The notes beneath the pieces were generated by a model, which was not told the origin of the DNA, made no database searches, and saw only the letters and a program-made list of their open reading frames with translations. From Octopus vulgaris (lineage: Eukaryota), in contig OX597827.1 in assembly GCA_951406725.2 (NCBI GenBank), positions 77,066,001 to 77,130,000 of the forward strand: 64,000 nucleotides of DNA. The letters are read 5' to 3'. Each line of letters begins with the position of its first letter. Within the stretch, counting starts at the first letter, position 1. The translations under genes and the position numbers were made by a program. Shown piece by piece: positions 38,313 through 51,223 of this stretch.

Positions 38313-40279
38313 TAATATAAATAAATAGATTTAAAAGAAAAAAATTGGGTTTTTTTCTCTTATGAGGTTTTTCACGCTAACTACTTGATAAATTCTTATG
38401 AAGTTTTTATCCTATTTTTAAATTGTATATATATATATAATGTTTTATCAGACACAATTTTATATGGCTCCGCCTGGTCCATCAGCTTGTTAGAAATAGC
38501 AGTCGTATCTCCATCGAATCACATTCTACTGTCTTACTCAAAGAAGGACATATTGGACAATGCAGTTCTTAAATACACACGAGACAGGTATTATAATACC
38601 TTCGATGTCAGGCCAACCCAATCAGAGTATGTCGGGGAAGAAATAAGAAATTTCTTCCCCGACATACTGTAAACCACATAGTTTTAAAATTGTATTTTTT
38701 CTCTACAGCTGCTTTCCATCTCCAATTTTGCTTTTATAATTCATTCATTGATTTTATTTTTAACTTTCGTAGTTTTATAGTAAAGCTTTTTATATTTAAA
38801 AATCTACGTAAATAAATTTCATATCTCCCACCAACACCTCTCCCTTTCTCCCTCTCTCTTTGTCTCTCTCTCTCTTCTCTCTCTCTCTCACAACTTACTA
38901 TATAGAAATTCTTATTTCAAGCCGCCGATAACATCGAAGTTACTTTACTTACAATTTTTGTTGGAAAATTTTGAGTTGTCTCCCTTACCTGTTTTAACCA
39001 GAATACTTCGTTAATGATTTTTCTTTTCGTTTGCTTTTAGTTTAAATTAATTAGAATTTTGGTATAGACATAGTTTGGTGCCTCCTGGCTATATTTCCTC
39101 CTGACTTTCTGAAAAAGCATATCTTTTGCAAAATTTCACACGGATACATCTTCGAAGTTGTTCGTAAAATACAGAGAAAAGAATTCATTTCACCAATTCC
39201 CGTAATGGTTACGGGATTTTTTTTTCTTTTCCGTATTTTTCTATTTGAAACATCAAATCTGCACTCTCAGACATATATTTCCGCAAATTGTTATTTAAAG
39301 ATATTCCTTGGAGCAGCAGTGGAGAATGGTTGTCATTTCTTCTAAATAAAAACATTTCGTTAATAACGAGAAATATTTTTAATATTATCAGCATAATCGC
39401 AACTTGGATTCTCAAAAGCCTGATTCTGTAAAAAAAACTTCATGAACTTCGATGATATGATTGTTTACTTTTAGAATGACATTGTAGGTAAGGTGTTAGA
39501 GGCCTGATCTAGCTGGTTTTAGTATAAAGCAGGTCGAATATTTTGGGCCTGATATGACTTATTTGAAGGCTAAAGGGTCCAACCTGCCATCTGTTTTATG
39601 CTCAGGCTAGACAGATCAGGCCTCTCACACCTGTTCTACAATGTCATTATAAGAATATACAATCACATCATCAAAATATCAATGCAACGAATGAAGGCAT
39701 GATTAATTTAAACTAATGGGAATAAAGACGAATTACATTTGACCGAATATAATCTGTTATGTTGCTGACGGATGCACGACAACCATCTGTTCCATAAATA
39801 TGCCATCTCTTCTCTCTGTCTTTATTCTGCTGTTATTGCAGCATCTATTCTTCACAGCAGGATGGTCTGAGGTATTTCAAACTCACTCCTTTCACTTCAT
39901 CTCGTTATTCATTGAATCCCTCTCCTCAGGCCCTCTACTAACTTGTATACCCAGTCCTTCTGCCCCAGGTTATCAGCCCCTGTACTTGCCAAACTTGCAG
40001 CCATCACTTTGAAGATGTCCAGTAGGAACATTAACCTCCAGCAATCTCACATCCTGGAGAGAATTATAGATGTTGCACAGTATGCAATATCGTGAGGTTG
40101 TTGCTTGAAAATAGTGTGTCTACCAGGGGTTTGAACTGTTTGTCAAGTCACAAGGGCCTCAGACAGTACTTTACACAATATGCAGTTCCAAGTAATGCCG
40201 ACTTTTGCAATGCACCTAGATTATTATTATTATCTTCATCATCATCATCATTATTATTATTATTAAATCGAATTGAACC

Positions 40280-40618
40280 AGCCAGGATCCCTGGTCTGGT
40301 GGTATGTAAAAAGCACTATCCGACTCGTGGCCGATGCCAGCGCCGTTTCGACTGGCTTCCGTGCCTGTGGCACGTAAAATACACCAATCCGACCGTGGCC
40401 GTTGCCAGCCTCGCCTGGCACCAGTGCAGGTGGCACGTAAAAAGCACCCACTACACTCACGGAGTGGTTGGCGTTAGGAAGGGCATCCAGCTGTAGAAAC
40501 ATTGCCAGATAAGACTGGAGCCTGGTGCAGCCTTCTGGCTTCCCAGATCCCCGGTCGAACCGTCCAACCCATGCCAGCATGGAGAACGGACGTTTACACG
40601 ATGATGATGATGATGATT
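40280..40618 (+). mobile_element. RTE 3' UTR and tail
   Basis: Tandem units plus terminal hairpin and (GAT)n. Confidence 0.8.
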
Positions 40619-41194
40619 ATTATATCAAAGCAGTGAGCTGGCAGAATCATTAGCACACTGGACGAAGTTCATGAAGTCTTGCAGAATCAGGCTTTTGAGA
40701 ATATAAGTTGTGATTATGTTGATAATATTTAAAATATTTTTCGTTATTAACGAAATGTTTTCATTAGCCCTTTCGTATTTGCATTATTCTATCAAAAGTA
40801 ATGCTTATTTATTCACATTGTTTTAAATTAATCCTACATTATCTTGTGGCTTTGAGATCTTGATGAAGTAACTATTCATTTTTAGAATTATATAGTAGGG
40901 CTGGTGTGAGAGGCCAGATATGGCCAATTTGAACATAAAACAGGGGAGAATATTTTGGCCGGATATGGCCGGTTTAAATGCTAAAGGGTTAAGAAGAAAT
41001 GACAGCCATTCTCCCTCCACACCTATTCCTGCATTTGTTTCTTTATAAACTCTCTTATAAGGAATATTTTTAAATAACAGGTGTGAGAGGTCTGATCTGT
41101 CTAGTCTGAACATAAAACAGGATATGGCTTCAAACAAGCTAATTATGTCGACCCCAGTACACCGCTGGTACTTATTTTATCGATCCCGAAAGGG

Positions 41195-42202
41195 ATCATC
41201 ATCATCATCATCATCATCATTTAGCGTCCGTTTTCCATGCTAGCATGGGTTGGACGGTTCTGTTGGGGTCTGTGAAGCCAGAAGGCTTCATCAGGCCCAG
41301 TCAAATCTGGCAGTGTTTCTACGGCTGGATGCCCTTCCTAACGCCAACCACTCCGTGAGTGTAGTGGGTGCTTTTTACGTGCCACCCGCACTGGTGCCAG
41401 CCAGAGCTGGCAAACGGCCACGAACGGATGGTGTTTTTTATGTGCCACCGGCACGAGGGCCAGGCGAGGCTGACAACGAACACGAAACGGGGCGGTGCTG
41501 GCAACGGTCGCGAAACGGAAGGTTCTCTTACATGCCACCGGCACTGGTAACACATCTGCAATTTCCATTGATCGATTTCCATTGATCGATTTCGATTCTG
41601 ATCCTCACTTGCCTCAATGGGTCTTCACAAGCAGAGTTTCGACATGCCACCGGCACTGGTAGCACATCCGCAATTTCCATTGATCGATTTCGATTCTGAT
41701 CCTCACTTGCCTCAACACGTCTTCACAAGTAGAGTTTTGTGTCCCAAGAAGGGAAGGTATGCATACGTAGGCTGGCTCCATCCCATGTAGAAGGCCACGG
41801 GTTGTGGACTCACTTGTCCTGCCGGGTCTTCTCGCGCACAGCACACTTCCAGAGGTCTCGGTCTCTAGTCATTTCCTCGGTGAGACCTAAAGTTCGAAGG
41901 TCGTGCTTCACCACCTCGTCCCAGGTTTTCCTGGGTCTGCCTCTTCCACAGGTTCCCTCAACCGCTAGGGTGTGGCACTTTTTCACACAACTATCTTCAT
42001 CCATTCTCGCCACATGCCCATACCAGCGCAAACGTCTCTCTTGCACACCACAACTGATGCTTCTTAGGTCCAGCTTTTCTCTCAAGGTACTTACACTCTG
42101 CCGAGTGTGAGTACTGGCATTACACATCCATCGGAGCATACTGGCTTCATTTCTAGCGAGCTTACGCATATCCTCAGCAGTCACGGCCCATGTTTCACTG
42201 CC
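41195..42202 (-). mobile_element. RTE-clade LINE, 5'-truncated, inserted into a SINE B remnant
   Basis: ORF 41810-42202 reads GSETW...RRLRWYGHVARM...RGRPRKTW...DRDLW; ~600-bp 3' UTR and (GAT)n tail; SINE B halves on both sides. Confidence 0.9.
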
Positions 42203-42563
42203 GAAAGGCAAAAATTATTGCCAGTGGCATTTGAACTCAGAACACCAAGTTGTGAGAATACCCTCTCTCTCTTTCGGAGAGGCACAAGCACCTACACGCA
42301 CATATACACACACGGCAGTAACTTCCACCTACCGAATTCAATCACAAAGCTCCGGTCAGCTCGGGGCTATAGTGAAAGACACCTACCCAAAATGCCACGC
42401 AATGGGACTGAACCCGAAACCATGTAGCTAGGAAGCAAGCTCCCTAACCACACAGCCATTTCTCCCTGGACAGTTACGGCAGCTCTGCCGGCTCACTGCT
42501 TTAATCTTGTCTCTAAATTAAAATCAATCATTATTATAGTTATCATCATCGTTAATGTTATCA

Positions 42564-42577
42564 TTTTCTCCTTTCAG
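42564..42577 (+). other. Candidate splice acceptor opening the ZNF exon
   Basis: TTTTCTCCTTTCAG|GATATTG; largely repeat-free sequence follows to the ATG at 44002. Confidence 0.5.
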
Positions 42578-44001
42578 GATATTGAATCAACCTGTATACA
42601 CCCTGAGAGAATCCATTGCTGACCATCCAGTGCAACTAAAGAACAAGACCTGCTGTCCGTTAATATTTTTCCCATGACGGTTCCTGATCTTCTACGGGAA
42701 ACTGGATAAACTCCAATTATTATTTTGTGCTGCCATTACATTCCACTGATTACATTGTGCTAGCATCCAGAAATGACCCTCCCCAACCAATACATATATA
42801 CACTAATATATATGCTATGATTTCGTGTTTTGTACAGAAATATCTGGATCTCGTCTGAACTATATACAGAAATATAAGAATATATACGCTACCATTTTAG
42901 TGGGGGACGTTTGACAAGGGTCTATAACTAACATGCTTTAATAAAGGAGGAAAAAAATTAACCCCTGCTATTTCACAATATTACACTTTTTGCCATTCCA
43001 AAATAAAACTGACCCCTTTCATAGAATTTGATCACTCCTTCTCTCCTGTATCATCACTCTGTTTTGTTAAGAGTTGTTGTCTAACAAGCAGACCCATGAT
43101 CAAAGGTGCTCCAGCCATGACCATCCTGTCTTTTTAGGGGATATCTAGGACCATATTTTTTAATGCTCCCTTTCCTTGTTTAAGACAGTAGGCTGTGGTT
43201 TGAGGGATAGCTGGCTGTTACTTTTTGCAAGTCAAGTGATTCCTTACAGACTTTTGTTAAGGGCATAAAGATGATTGTACATGTAAGGAATAGTTTAGGG
43301 GTTAGCTACTCTGTGGAACCCCTATTTTGTGTGTTCCCTAAATGGACTAATCTCCATATCTTTTAATACTGCATTAACCCTACCGCTTACCCACCTTTTA
43401 GTTGACCCCTTCCCTCACCATGGTCCGTAGTCAGTGCCCTTTCTCTGTGTTTAAGTTTGGGCTGACTGCAGTTGATCAGCCCCTAATTAAACCTCAAACA
43501 CAAAATCGTTCAAGAGTTGGTCTTCATAAAAGTAAACTGCTCCAGTCTACTTGAATAACTGTCATTCGTGTCTGTCACCCCAGTATATAACTGGTATGGT
43601 TTATATATAGTTCCTTCTCCATAGATCATAGACAGTTATAAGGTCTGTCTAGGCTGTGATTAAACTGAAACTGTGGATGTTTCTAGTCTAGTGCTCCTCT
43701 ATTTTGAGTCATAGTGTAGTAATTATATAACTATATACGATTATATATATACATATTATAACCATATACAGTCACATGTAGTTGTTGATGAAATATAGTT
43801 ACTCTATGTATGTTAAGATGTCTAGTTAATTATCTAGTTAATTAGGTTACATTTTGGTAAGTTTATATGTAAGTCCCTCACCAAACTGCTAGTCATCGTC
43901 ATATCATCATCTTCATCAGTGTTATCAATATCATCATCAAGATTGTCATCAGCATACTTTCATAGCAATTACGCCTCAGACTCATAAACAGAACAATCAG
44001 C

Positions 44002-45225
44002 ATGTACGCAAACCAAGAGGTTCAATTCTCACCCGTTGTTGGAAACAATCACTCCTACGGCTTCGGTCCGTTCACGACCCCAAGCCCATCAACACCGCCC
44101 TTGTCCAATCCGTACACCTATGTCAGCTACCGGCAGTCGTACATCGACAAGAAACCCTACAAATGCAATGTCTGCCGTAAGCGGTTCACCCTCCGTGCAT
44201 ATCTGAAGAAACACGAATTGGCTCCCGAACTAGGGAAGCATTTCATCTGTGTCTTCTGCTGTAAAGCGTTCCCAGAAAGGGACAAGCTAAAGATCCACGA
44301 ACGGACCCACACAGGGGAACGCCCGTTTGCATGTGATATCTGCCCGATGGCTTTTGCTCGTAAAGACAAGCTAAAAAACCATGCCAGAACTCACTCAGGA
44401 GAAAAACCATTTGTCTGCCATATTTGCCCAAAAGCTTTTTCTCGAAATGACAAATTGAAAATCCATCAACGAACCCATTCTGGGGAGAAGCCCTTTTGTT
44501 GTCAGATTTGTACGAAAGCTTTCTCTCGGAAAGACCACCTAAACAAGCACGAACGTACTCATACCAACCATTACAGTTGCTCTCAAACTATTCACCCTCA
44601 CGACAAAACCAATATGACTTCGGTACTCTCGAATGCAAAGTGTGGCAATCTTTTAAAGAAGGAATTTCTGCATGGAGACAGACATGACATTTCACGCCAT
44701 TTGACCCCGGTTTCTGCTGACGAACTATGTAAAACGATTCCAATTAGTGGTCTGAACACACCTGTTTTAATGAATACTACAGGTGTCAGCTCAGCACAGC
44801 ATCATTCTTATCAAGTTGCATCAGTGTCTTCGTCTTCTCACCAACCAACATCAGCTTCTTCAACATCCAAGACGACGACCCTTCTAAAACAGCCAGTTCT
44901 CTCAACCCTGAACCTCGACAACCTTGCATCGTCCCTGTGTTCCCATCAGAAAAGTATCTCACAGCCCCAGAGGTCTACAAACACCACGGTTTCTATAGCA
45001 ACAGCTGCACACCAACAGCCTCCACAACAACAACATCAACAACAGCAGCAGCAGCAGCCGATGCCCTCGCAAGCTCACTACGACTGGAAACGGAACACTT
45101 CCACGGCGTCTTCGTGGACATGGAATGGCTGCCCCAGTACCTTGACCATTCCCTCCTACACAGTTGGTCAGAGAAAAGGTGACAATCAAGGATCATCCGA
45201 CAATAACATCCAATCATTGATGTAA
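44002..45225 (+). CDS. C2H2 (Kruppel-type) zinc-finger protein, 407 aa, single coding exon
   Basis: One degenerate and four canonical C2H2 fingers with TGERP/SGEKP linkers; Ser/Thr- and Gln-rich C-terminus; start context AGCATGT; AATAAA at 45230, 45633 and 45809. Confidence 0.93.
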   Translation: MYANQEVQFSPVVGNNHSYGFGPFTTPSPSTPPLSNPYTYVSYRQSYIDKKPYKCNVCRKRFTLRAYLKKHELAPELGKHFICVFCCKAFPERDKLKIHERTHTGERPFACDICPMAFARKDKLKNHARTHSGEKPFVCHICPKAFSRNDKLKIHQRTHSGEKPFCCQICTKAFSRKDHLNKHERTHTNHYSCSQTIHPHDKTNMTSVLSNAKCGNLLKKEFLHGDRHDISRHLTPVSADELCKTIPISGLNTPVLMNTTGVSSAQHHSYQVASVSSSSHQPTSASSTSKTTTLLKQPVLSTLNLDNLASSLCSHQKSISQPQRSTNTTVSIATAAHQQPPQQQHQQQQQQQPMPSQAHYDWKRNTSTASSWTWNGCPSTLTIPSYTVGQRKGDNQGSSDNNIQSLM

Positions 45226-45842
45226 AAACAATAAAGAGAACAACTACACACACACACACACACACGTTTTGTTCACAAGACTCGATTATCTTTCAGTCAC
45301 ATTACAACCCCTCCAAAATCCATGCATCCAACAGTCTGGTTAGGGGATGCTGCAATCTGACCCCTCCATGTATTTATGCCTATTCATCTCCATCAAGAAA
45401 TTTTCTCCATAACAAAATGCAGTGAATGGCTATCTTTGGGGTTCAAATATTCCCCCCAGGCATATTTGAACTGGTAACAAGTTCGTATTACGACTAATAG
45501 TTTCACCACAATCTTTTCTAATCCACCTTTCTACTTTATTATGAGCAAACCATAAAAATAGTTTAGAACCTGATTAAGGGATCAGGGTGAAACTATTAGT
45601 TGTAGTGTGACTAGAGAATAATCCAGCAACTGAATAAAAACATTCTCCATTTCTCTCGTGAGTTCTCTTTTGAGTTCTCAGTTCTCATTGTTAAAATTAT
45701 TTTGCCCACCCCCCGTTTTATATATTTGTTTTGGTAAGTGACTTGATCTGAGATTGTGCATTAAAAGCTGAAATAATTACATCATAAAAAGAGTCATTTT
45801 AGCAATTAAATAAAATACACCGAAAGAAGCTGGTATTTCTTT

Positions 45843-46260
45843 TATTCTTTTATTTGTTTCGGTCATTTTGACTGCGGCCATGCTGGAGCACTGCCTTTAG
45901 TCGAGCAAATCAACCCCAGGACTTATTCTTTGTAATCCTAGTACTTATTTTATCAGTCTCTTTTGCCAAACCAGCATCAGTTGTCAAATGATGTTTGGGT
46001 GGGGGGACACATACATATATATATATATATATATATTTGACAAGCTTCTTTCAATTTCCATCTACCTAATCTACTCCCAAAGCTTTGATAGACCCAAGGC
46101 TATAGTAGAAGACATGATAGATCGTTAGCCACTACACACATTTTTTTCGTAAACTCTCCTATAGTAGAAGACATTTGCCCAAGGTGCCATGCAGTTTGAC
46201 TGAACCCAGAACCATGTGGTTGGTAACCAAGCTACTTACCATACAGCCACTCCTGCGCCT
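45843..46260 (-). mobile_element. SINE A carrying a 43-bp nested insert
   Basis: Family match; insert at 46116-46158. Confidence 0.8.
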
Positions 46261-47364
46261 GTTTGATTAAAAAAAAAATTTTTTTTGTAATATGAAATGA
46301 AAGTTTGAACAAAACACAAACCTTTTGGGACAACAAATGCAAAAATGGCAACTCCAGGCCCACTCTTTTGATTTCTTTTCTGATTCTTGTGACAAGATCC
46401 CTATAATCATCTGAAACTCCATCCAAGCAAAGTCATGAAGTTGCATTACTGTTTAAGCAAAGTTCCAAAATAATACTCTTGATAAATGGTTATAAAAACC
46501 ATGCGTATGTGGGTGCTCATTTTGTATGCACCTGTGCAGATGCATACACACATGCACACTCATACACTGTCATATATATACAGAATTATATATTCCTGTG
46601 TACACATAGACACACACACATACTCATATTAAAGATATATCAGGTAAATTTATTAATCTTTTCAAAATAATTTTTTCTTAACCAAAATGAAGTTCAAGAA
46701 GGCCTGCGTTTACGTAAAAGATATTTAGCCATGTGCATACAAGGCACTAACAGTTCAGTTCTTCTGTTGAAACTATTACTACCTTGATTCAAAATTCTCA
46801 ATCTTTCACTCAAACATAGGTCACACTGCATCTTTAATTTGAAGGTCCCATTCTTGTATGGCTACACACTATCTACAACAGACCAGGTTATTTTGAAAGT
46901 GTGAGTACTTGTCTTCTGCAAGAACCATATAAATTTCAATTTCAATGAAGAAGCAACACATTTACTGTCGGAACTGACAAATGAATGTTTGTGTTTGTAA
47001 TAACAGTTTTTGAATGGGAGTTCTGTTACTCCAATGCATGCTTTAAAATATTCAAATAATTTACAAACTGAATATTTCAAAACAAAATCAGGCTTGGTTT
47101 ACTCACTGATGATCAAAAACAAGTAACTCTACAGGAAATTGGAGCCTTTCACTTAATGAATATATATGTATGTATGTATGTATGAATGTACATATGTGCA
47201 TACATGCACATGAAATGAGGAAATCTTTACCAACACAAAGACTTATTAAATCCTTGTAGAAGTTTTTCACATTTAATTGTATAGTGTTCTACTAAGAAGA
47301 AATGGTTTTCCTTTTATGAACAAATCATTTAAATTTCAGACCCATTATTATTATTATTATTATT

Positions 47365-47697
47365 GAGTGAGAGAGCAGCACACAACTTCAAAGTGATGCC
47401 GGTAGTACAAATGTATGAAGCCCAGTATACCCATCATGACTACCCGTTGGATAAGGGTACACCAGGCACATGCGTCAGAACCATATGTACACAACATGGT
47501 GATTTCGTTTTCAAGATAAACAGCGTATGGACCTTGTAGGTGCTACCCAGTTAGAGTTTTCTTCAGGTGGAGTAGCCCGTCCCACTCAAAAGGTCCCTGA
47601 ATAAGGGTTGTTTAAGGATTATGAACGAAACACCCAGGTTTCCAGAGGTGAATTATTCAAACCCCAGAGAATCCCTCTTGACACATGGCTATGATGT
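47365..47697. repeat. Unclassified interspersed repeat (second copy at 49779-50020)
   Basis: ~240 bp align between the copies; preceded by (ATT)n. Confidence 0.7.
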
Positions 47698-47701
47698 CCT
47701 A

Positions 47702-48172
47702 TTATTACCTCCACCTTAGCGAAGGTGGAGGTACTTTTTCTGTTGTATTTGTTTGTTTGTTTGTTTGTGGACAGGATATCTCAAGAACCGCTGGATGAAT
47801 TCGGATGAAACTTTCAGGGATGTTAGACCTCGTGACTGGCACAAAATGATTAGATTTTGGAATCAATCTGGTACAAGACAAGGATTCTGAATTTTTCCCG
47901 TTCTTTTACTTAATTTTTGAATACTAAAAACAAACCTGACTGCCCAGTATACCCATCATGACTACCCGTTGGATAAGGGTACACCAGGCACATGCGTCAG
48001 AACCATATGTACACAACATGGTGATTTCATTTTCAAGAGAGCAGTCAGGTTTGTTTTTAGTATTCTTGTTTGTGAGAGCAGTGGAGTTTATTTCAGATAT
48101 TCTCATTTTTAAAATCACTCCCGGCTAATCATTGAGAGGACATTGGTGTTGCCTTAGCTGAGTTTGTGCTCT
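47702..48172 (+). mobile_element. Helentron-associated non-autonomous element (HINE/DNAREP1-like)
   Basis: Start TTATTACCTCC with 12-bp hairpin TACCTCCACCTT-AGCG-AAGGTGGAGGTA, (GTTT)n tract, end GCCTTAGCTGAGTTTGTGCTCT. Confidence 0.6.
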
Positions 48173-48411
48173 TATTATTATTGTTGTTGTTGTTATTAAG
48201 GCGGCGAGCTGGCAGAATCGTTTGCGCACTGGACAAAATATTCAGCAGTATTTCATCTGCTGCTACGTTCTGAGTTCAAATTCCACCAAGGTCAACTCTG
48301 CTTTTCATTCGTTTGGGGTCAGTAAAATAAGTACCAGCGAAACACAGAGGTCAATGTAATCAACTTTTCCCCTCCCCACAAATATGAGGCCGTGTGCCTC
48401 CAGTAGAAAGG

Positions 48412-48446
<35 letters not shown>

Positions 48447-49209
48447 CATTATTATTGAAATCGTGAAAGCATCAGACAGAACCCACTTTCAGTTCTGGGT
48501 TCAAATCCCATCAAGGTCAGTATTTCCTGGACCAATGAAATAAAGTCATGGTCTATCAACCATGATATATTCCTGTTTGTGATTCACAAACAGAAAACCA
48601 GGCCCACCCCACCTGTTGTTGGCTCCCAATACAGAACCAGAAAGCATGTTTTATTCACAAGCATCACTTAATGTAGAATCTATATTTAATGGGTTACATG
48701 TATATTGGGGGTCGTGATGGATGGGGGGGGGAGCCACATGAAGAGGAGGAATCTGATGAAGATACAGTTTCTTGATCAGTTGAGCTGACATGTAACTGGC
48801 TGAGTATTCCACATACTCTGAACGGAATTCTCTGGCAGAATCAACATGACATTGTGTGACATGGCTGTACCCTTCGAATTACAGGCGTCAGCCATCTGAC
48901 AGGCTTCTCTACAGTTTCTTTATTGCTTGAACTGTAAGAACATTCGACCAAGATTCCCCCTGCAATATTTGTTCCAGTTCTTTGCATTCTGAGTTCAAAT
49001 CCTGCTGTGGGCTATATGACAGATAGACTCAGTCCCTCACCCAGTTTTAACACATACCCACCCCTGTTACATTGGGTGGTTTTAGAAGAGTTGATTCTGT
49101 TGCATGCATTTCAACCAGGTCTCCAGTTTAAGGGAGACACTCCCCCCTCCCTGCTACCAGTGTTAGGGATCCTGTGTGACATACTTAACATTTATTGTTG
49201 TGAAAGAAA

Positions 49210-49770
49210 GATGTACAGGAGGAGTGTAACTGACATGTAACAAATGGATGTGTGACAAATATGTAATATTGGGCAGCTGGAGATGTGACTGATATGTAAC
49301 ATGTGGCAGGTGGAGGTATGATTGACATGTAACATGTGACACCTGGAGGTATAACTGGCTGGAGATGTAATTGACATGTAATGTGATAACTGGAGGTGTG
49401 TCTGGTATGAAGCATGTGACAGCTGCACCCGTCCCATGTAACTTGGAACAGTAGGACATGTGCCTGGCATATAAACATTGGATTACTGGATGTGTGTCTC
49501 GAGTGTAACACGGGACTTCTAAAAGCATGACTTTTGTGTAACAGGTAATACAATGTAGTGTGTCTGCCATGTAACATAGGGCATCTGAAAGTATGACTGA
49601 TGTGTTACTGACATGTAACATGGGAGAGCTGGAGGTGTGACTGATATGTAACAAGAGACGTCATGAGGTGTAATATTGGGTAGCTGGAAGAGGTGTATGG
49701 GGGTGTAAAACTGAATGGAACTGGATGAGGTGTAACTGGTATATGTTAAATATAAGAGCAGGAAAGTGTG
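49210..49770. repeat. Degenerate ~29-bp minisatellite (TGACATGTAACA..CTGGAGGTG)
   Basis: Recurrent words read directly. Confidence 0.7.
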
Positions 49771-51223
49771 ACAAACTTATGAAGTCCAGTATACCCATCA
49801 TGACTACCTGTGTGATAAGGGTACATCAGGCATGTGTCACAACCATATGTGCACAACATGGTGATTTCATTTTCAAGATAAACAGCGTATGGACCTTGTA
49901 GGTGGAGACCCAGTTAGAGTTTTCTTCAGGTGGAGTAGCCCATCCCACTCAAAAGGTACCTGAATAAGGGTTGTTTAAGGATGATGAACGAAACACCCAG
50001 GTTTCCAGAGGTGAATAATTAGAGTTACGAGTGACATAACATTGCCAATATCCATAGAAAGGACTGGAAAGATCCCAGGTACAGTAATGTGACAGGCCCA
50101 TGATACGATGATATATAACAGCCGTTTTTCATTTTCATCATCATTATTCATCATCGTTTAGCGTCCGTTCTCTATGCTAGCATGGGTTGGACGGTTCTAC
50201 TGGGGTCTGTGAAGCCAGAAGGCTTCATCAGGCCCAGTCACATGCCACCGGCACTGGTAACACATCTGCAATTTCCATTGATCGATTTCGATTCTGATCC
50301 TTTCATTTTTAGCAAATCCACTCCCAAAGCTTTGGTTGGTCTGGGCTTAGAGTAGAAGACACTTATGCACGGTGCCAAGCAGTGGGACTGAACCTGGACT
50401 CATGTGACTGGAAAGCAAACTTCTTACCACACAGCCACATCTGCACCTAAAAAGAAGATCATAGAATATATACAGGAGAAGAATGGCAATGGCTGGTGTT
50501 TATCATGCTGGGAAGTTAGTGAAAATTTCACTTTCGGACAACTTATTATTCTCTTTCGCTGTCTGCAGTGAGTCTGTCAATTTTGTCTTCACTAATTAGT
50601 GTCATCTGAATAACGAAGCTTTTAATTTGCTGCTTATTCAAATAGCTGTTAAATATTATAAGCAAACCATACACACACACACATTTACACACACACACAC
50701 ACTCACACACACACACTCATACACATTCACACACACGCACATACACACACATATGCTCACACACTCAAACAAGTTTCTCAGATGTCAAGTGGCTCTTTTC
50801 CAAATCATGGATCTGGGAATTTGGGGGAATTTACTTCTGAATGTTAGATAAAATGATTAAAACCTTCAGGAGTATGTTATACAATAAAGTACAGGCATAA
50901 AAGCCACAACACAGCATTTACTGTGGTATTGCTATTGAGGAATATTTCTTCCTCAAAAATTATCAAATGTGAGTATTGTTTTTTTTAATTTTTTCTAATT
51001 TAAATATTGAAAATAGGGTCATAGGGGATTATTGATTTACTCAAACTGGTTGTAATGGTGAACGGTGGGGGCTGTTATCTTATAACACCCCTTTGCAGTA
51101 ACTCCTTCAGTCAATTCCTTCCTTGTCTGAAAGGATTAAATTGTTGTGAAAGACAAACAAAGAAAAAACAATTCAAATTTTAAAGGCAAGCTTCTTACCA
51201 CTCAGCCATGCCTTACCACATGG

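Noticed and set aside
41186-42208. CCGAAAGG as the TSD of the RTE insertion
   Set aside because: GAAAGG is already duplicated in the host SINE consensus, and the preceding CC belongs to the RTE Gly codon.
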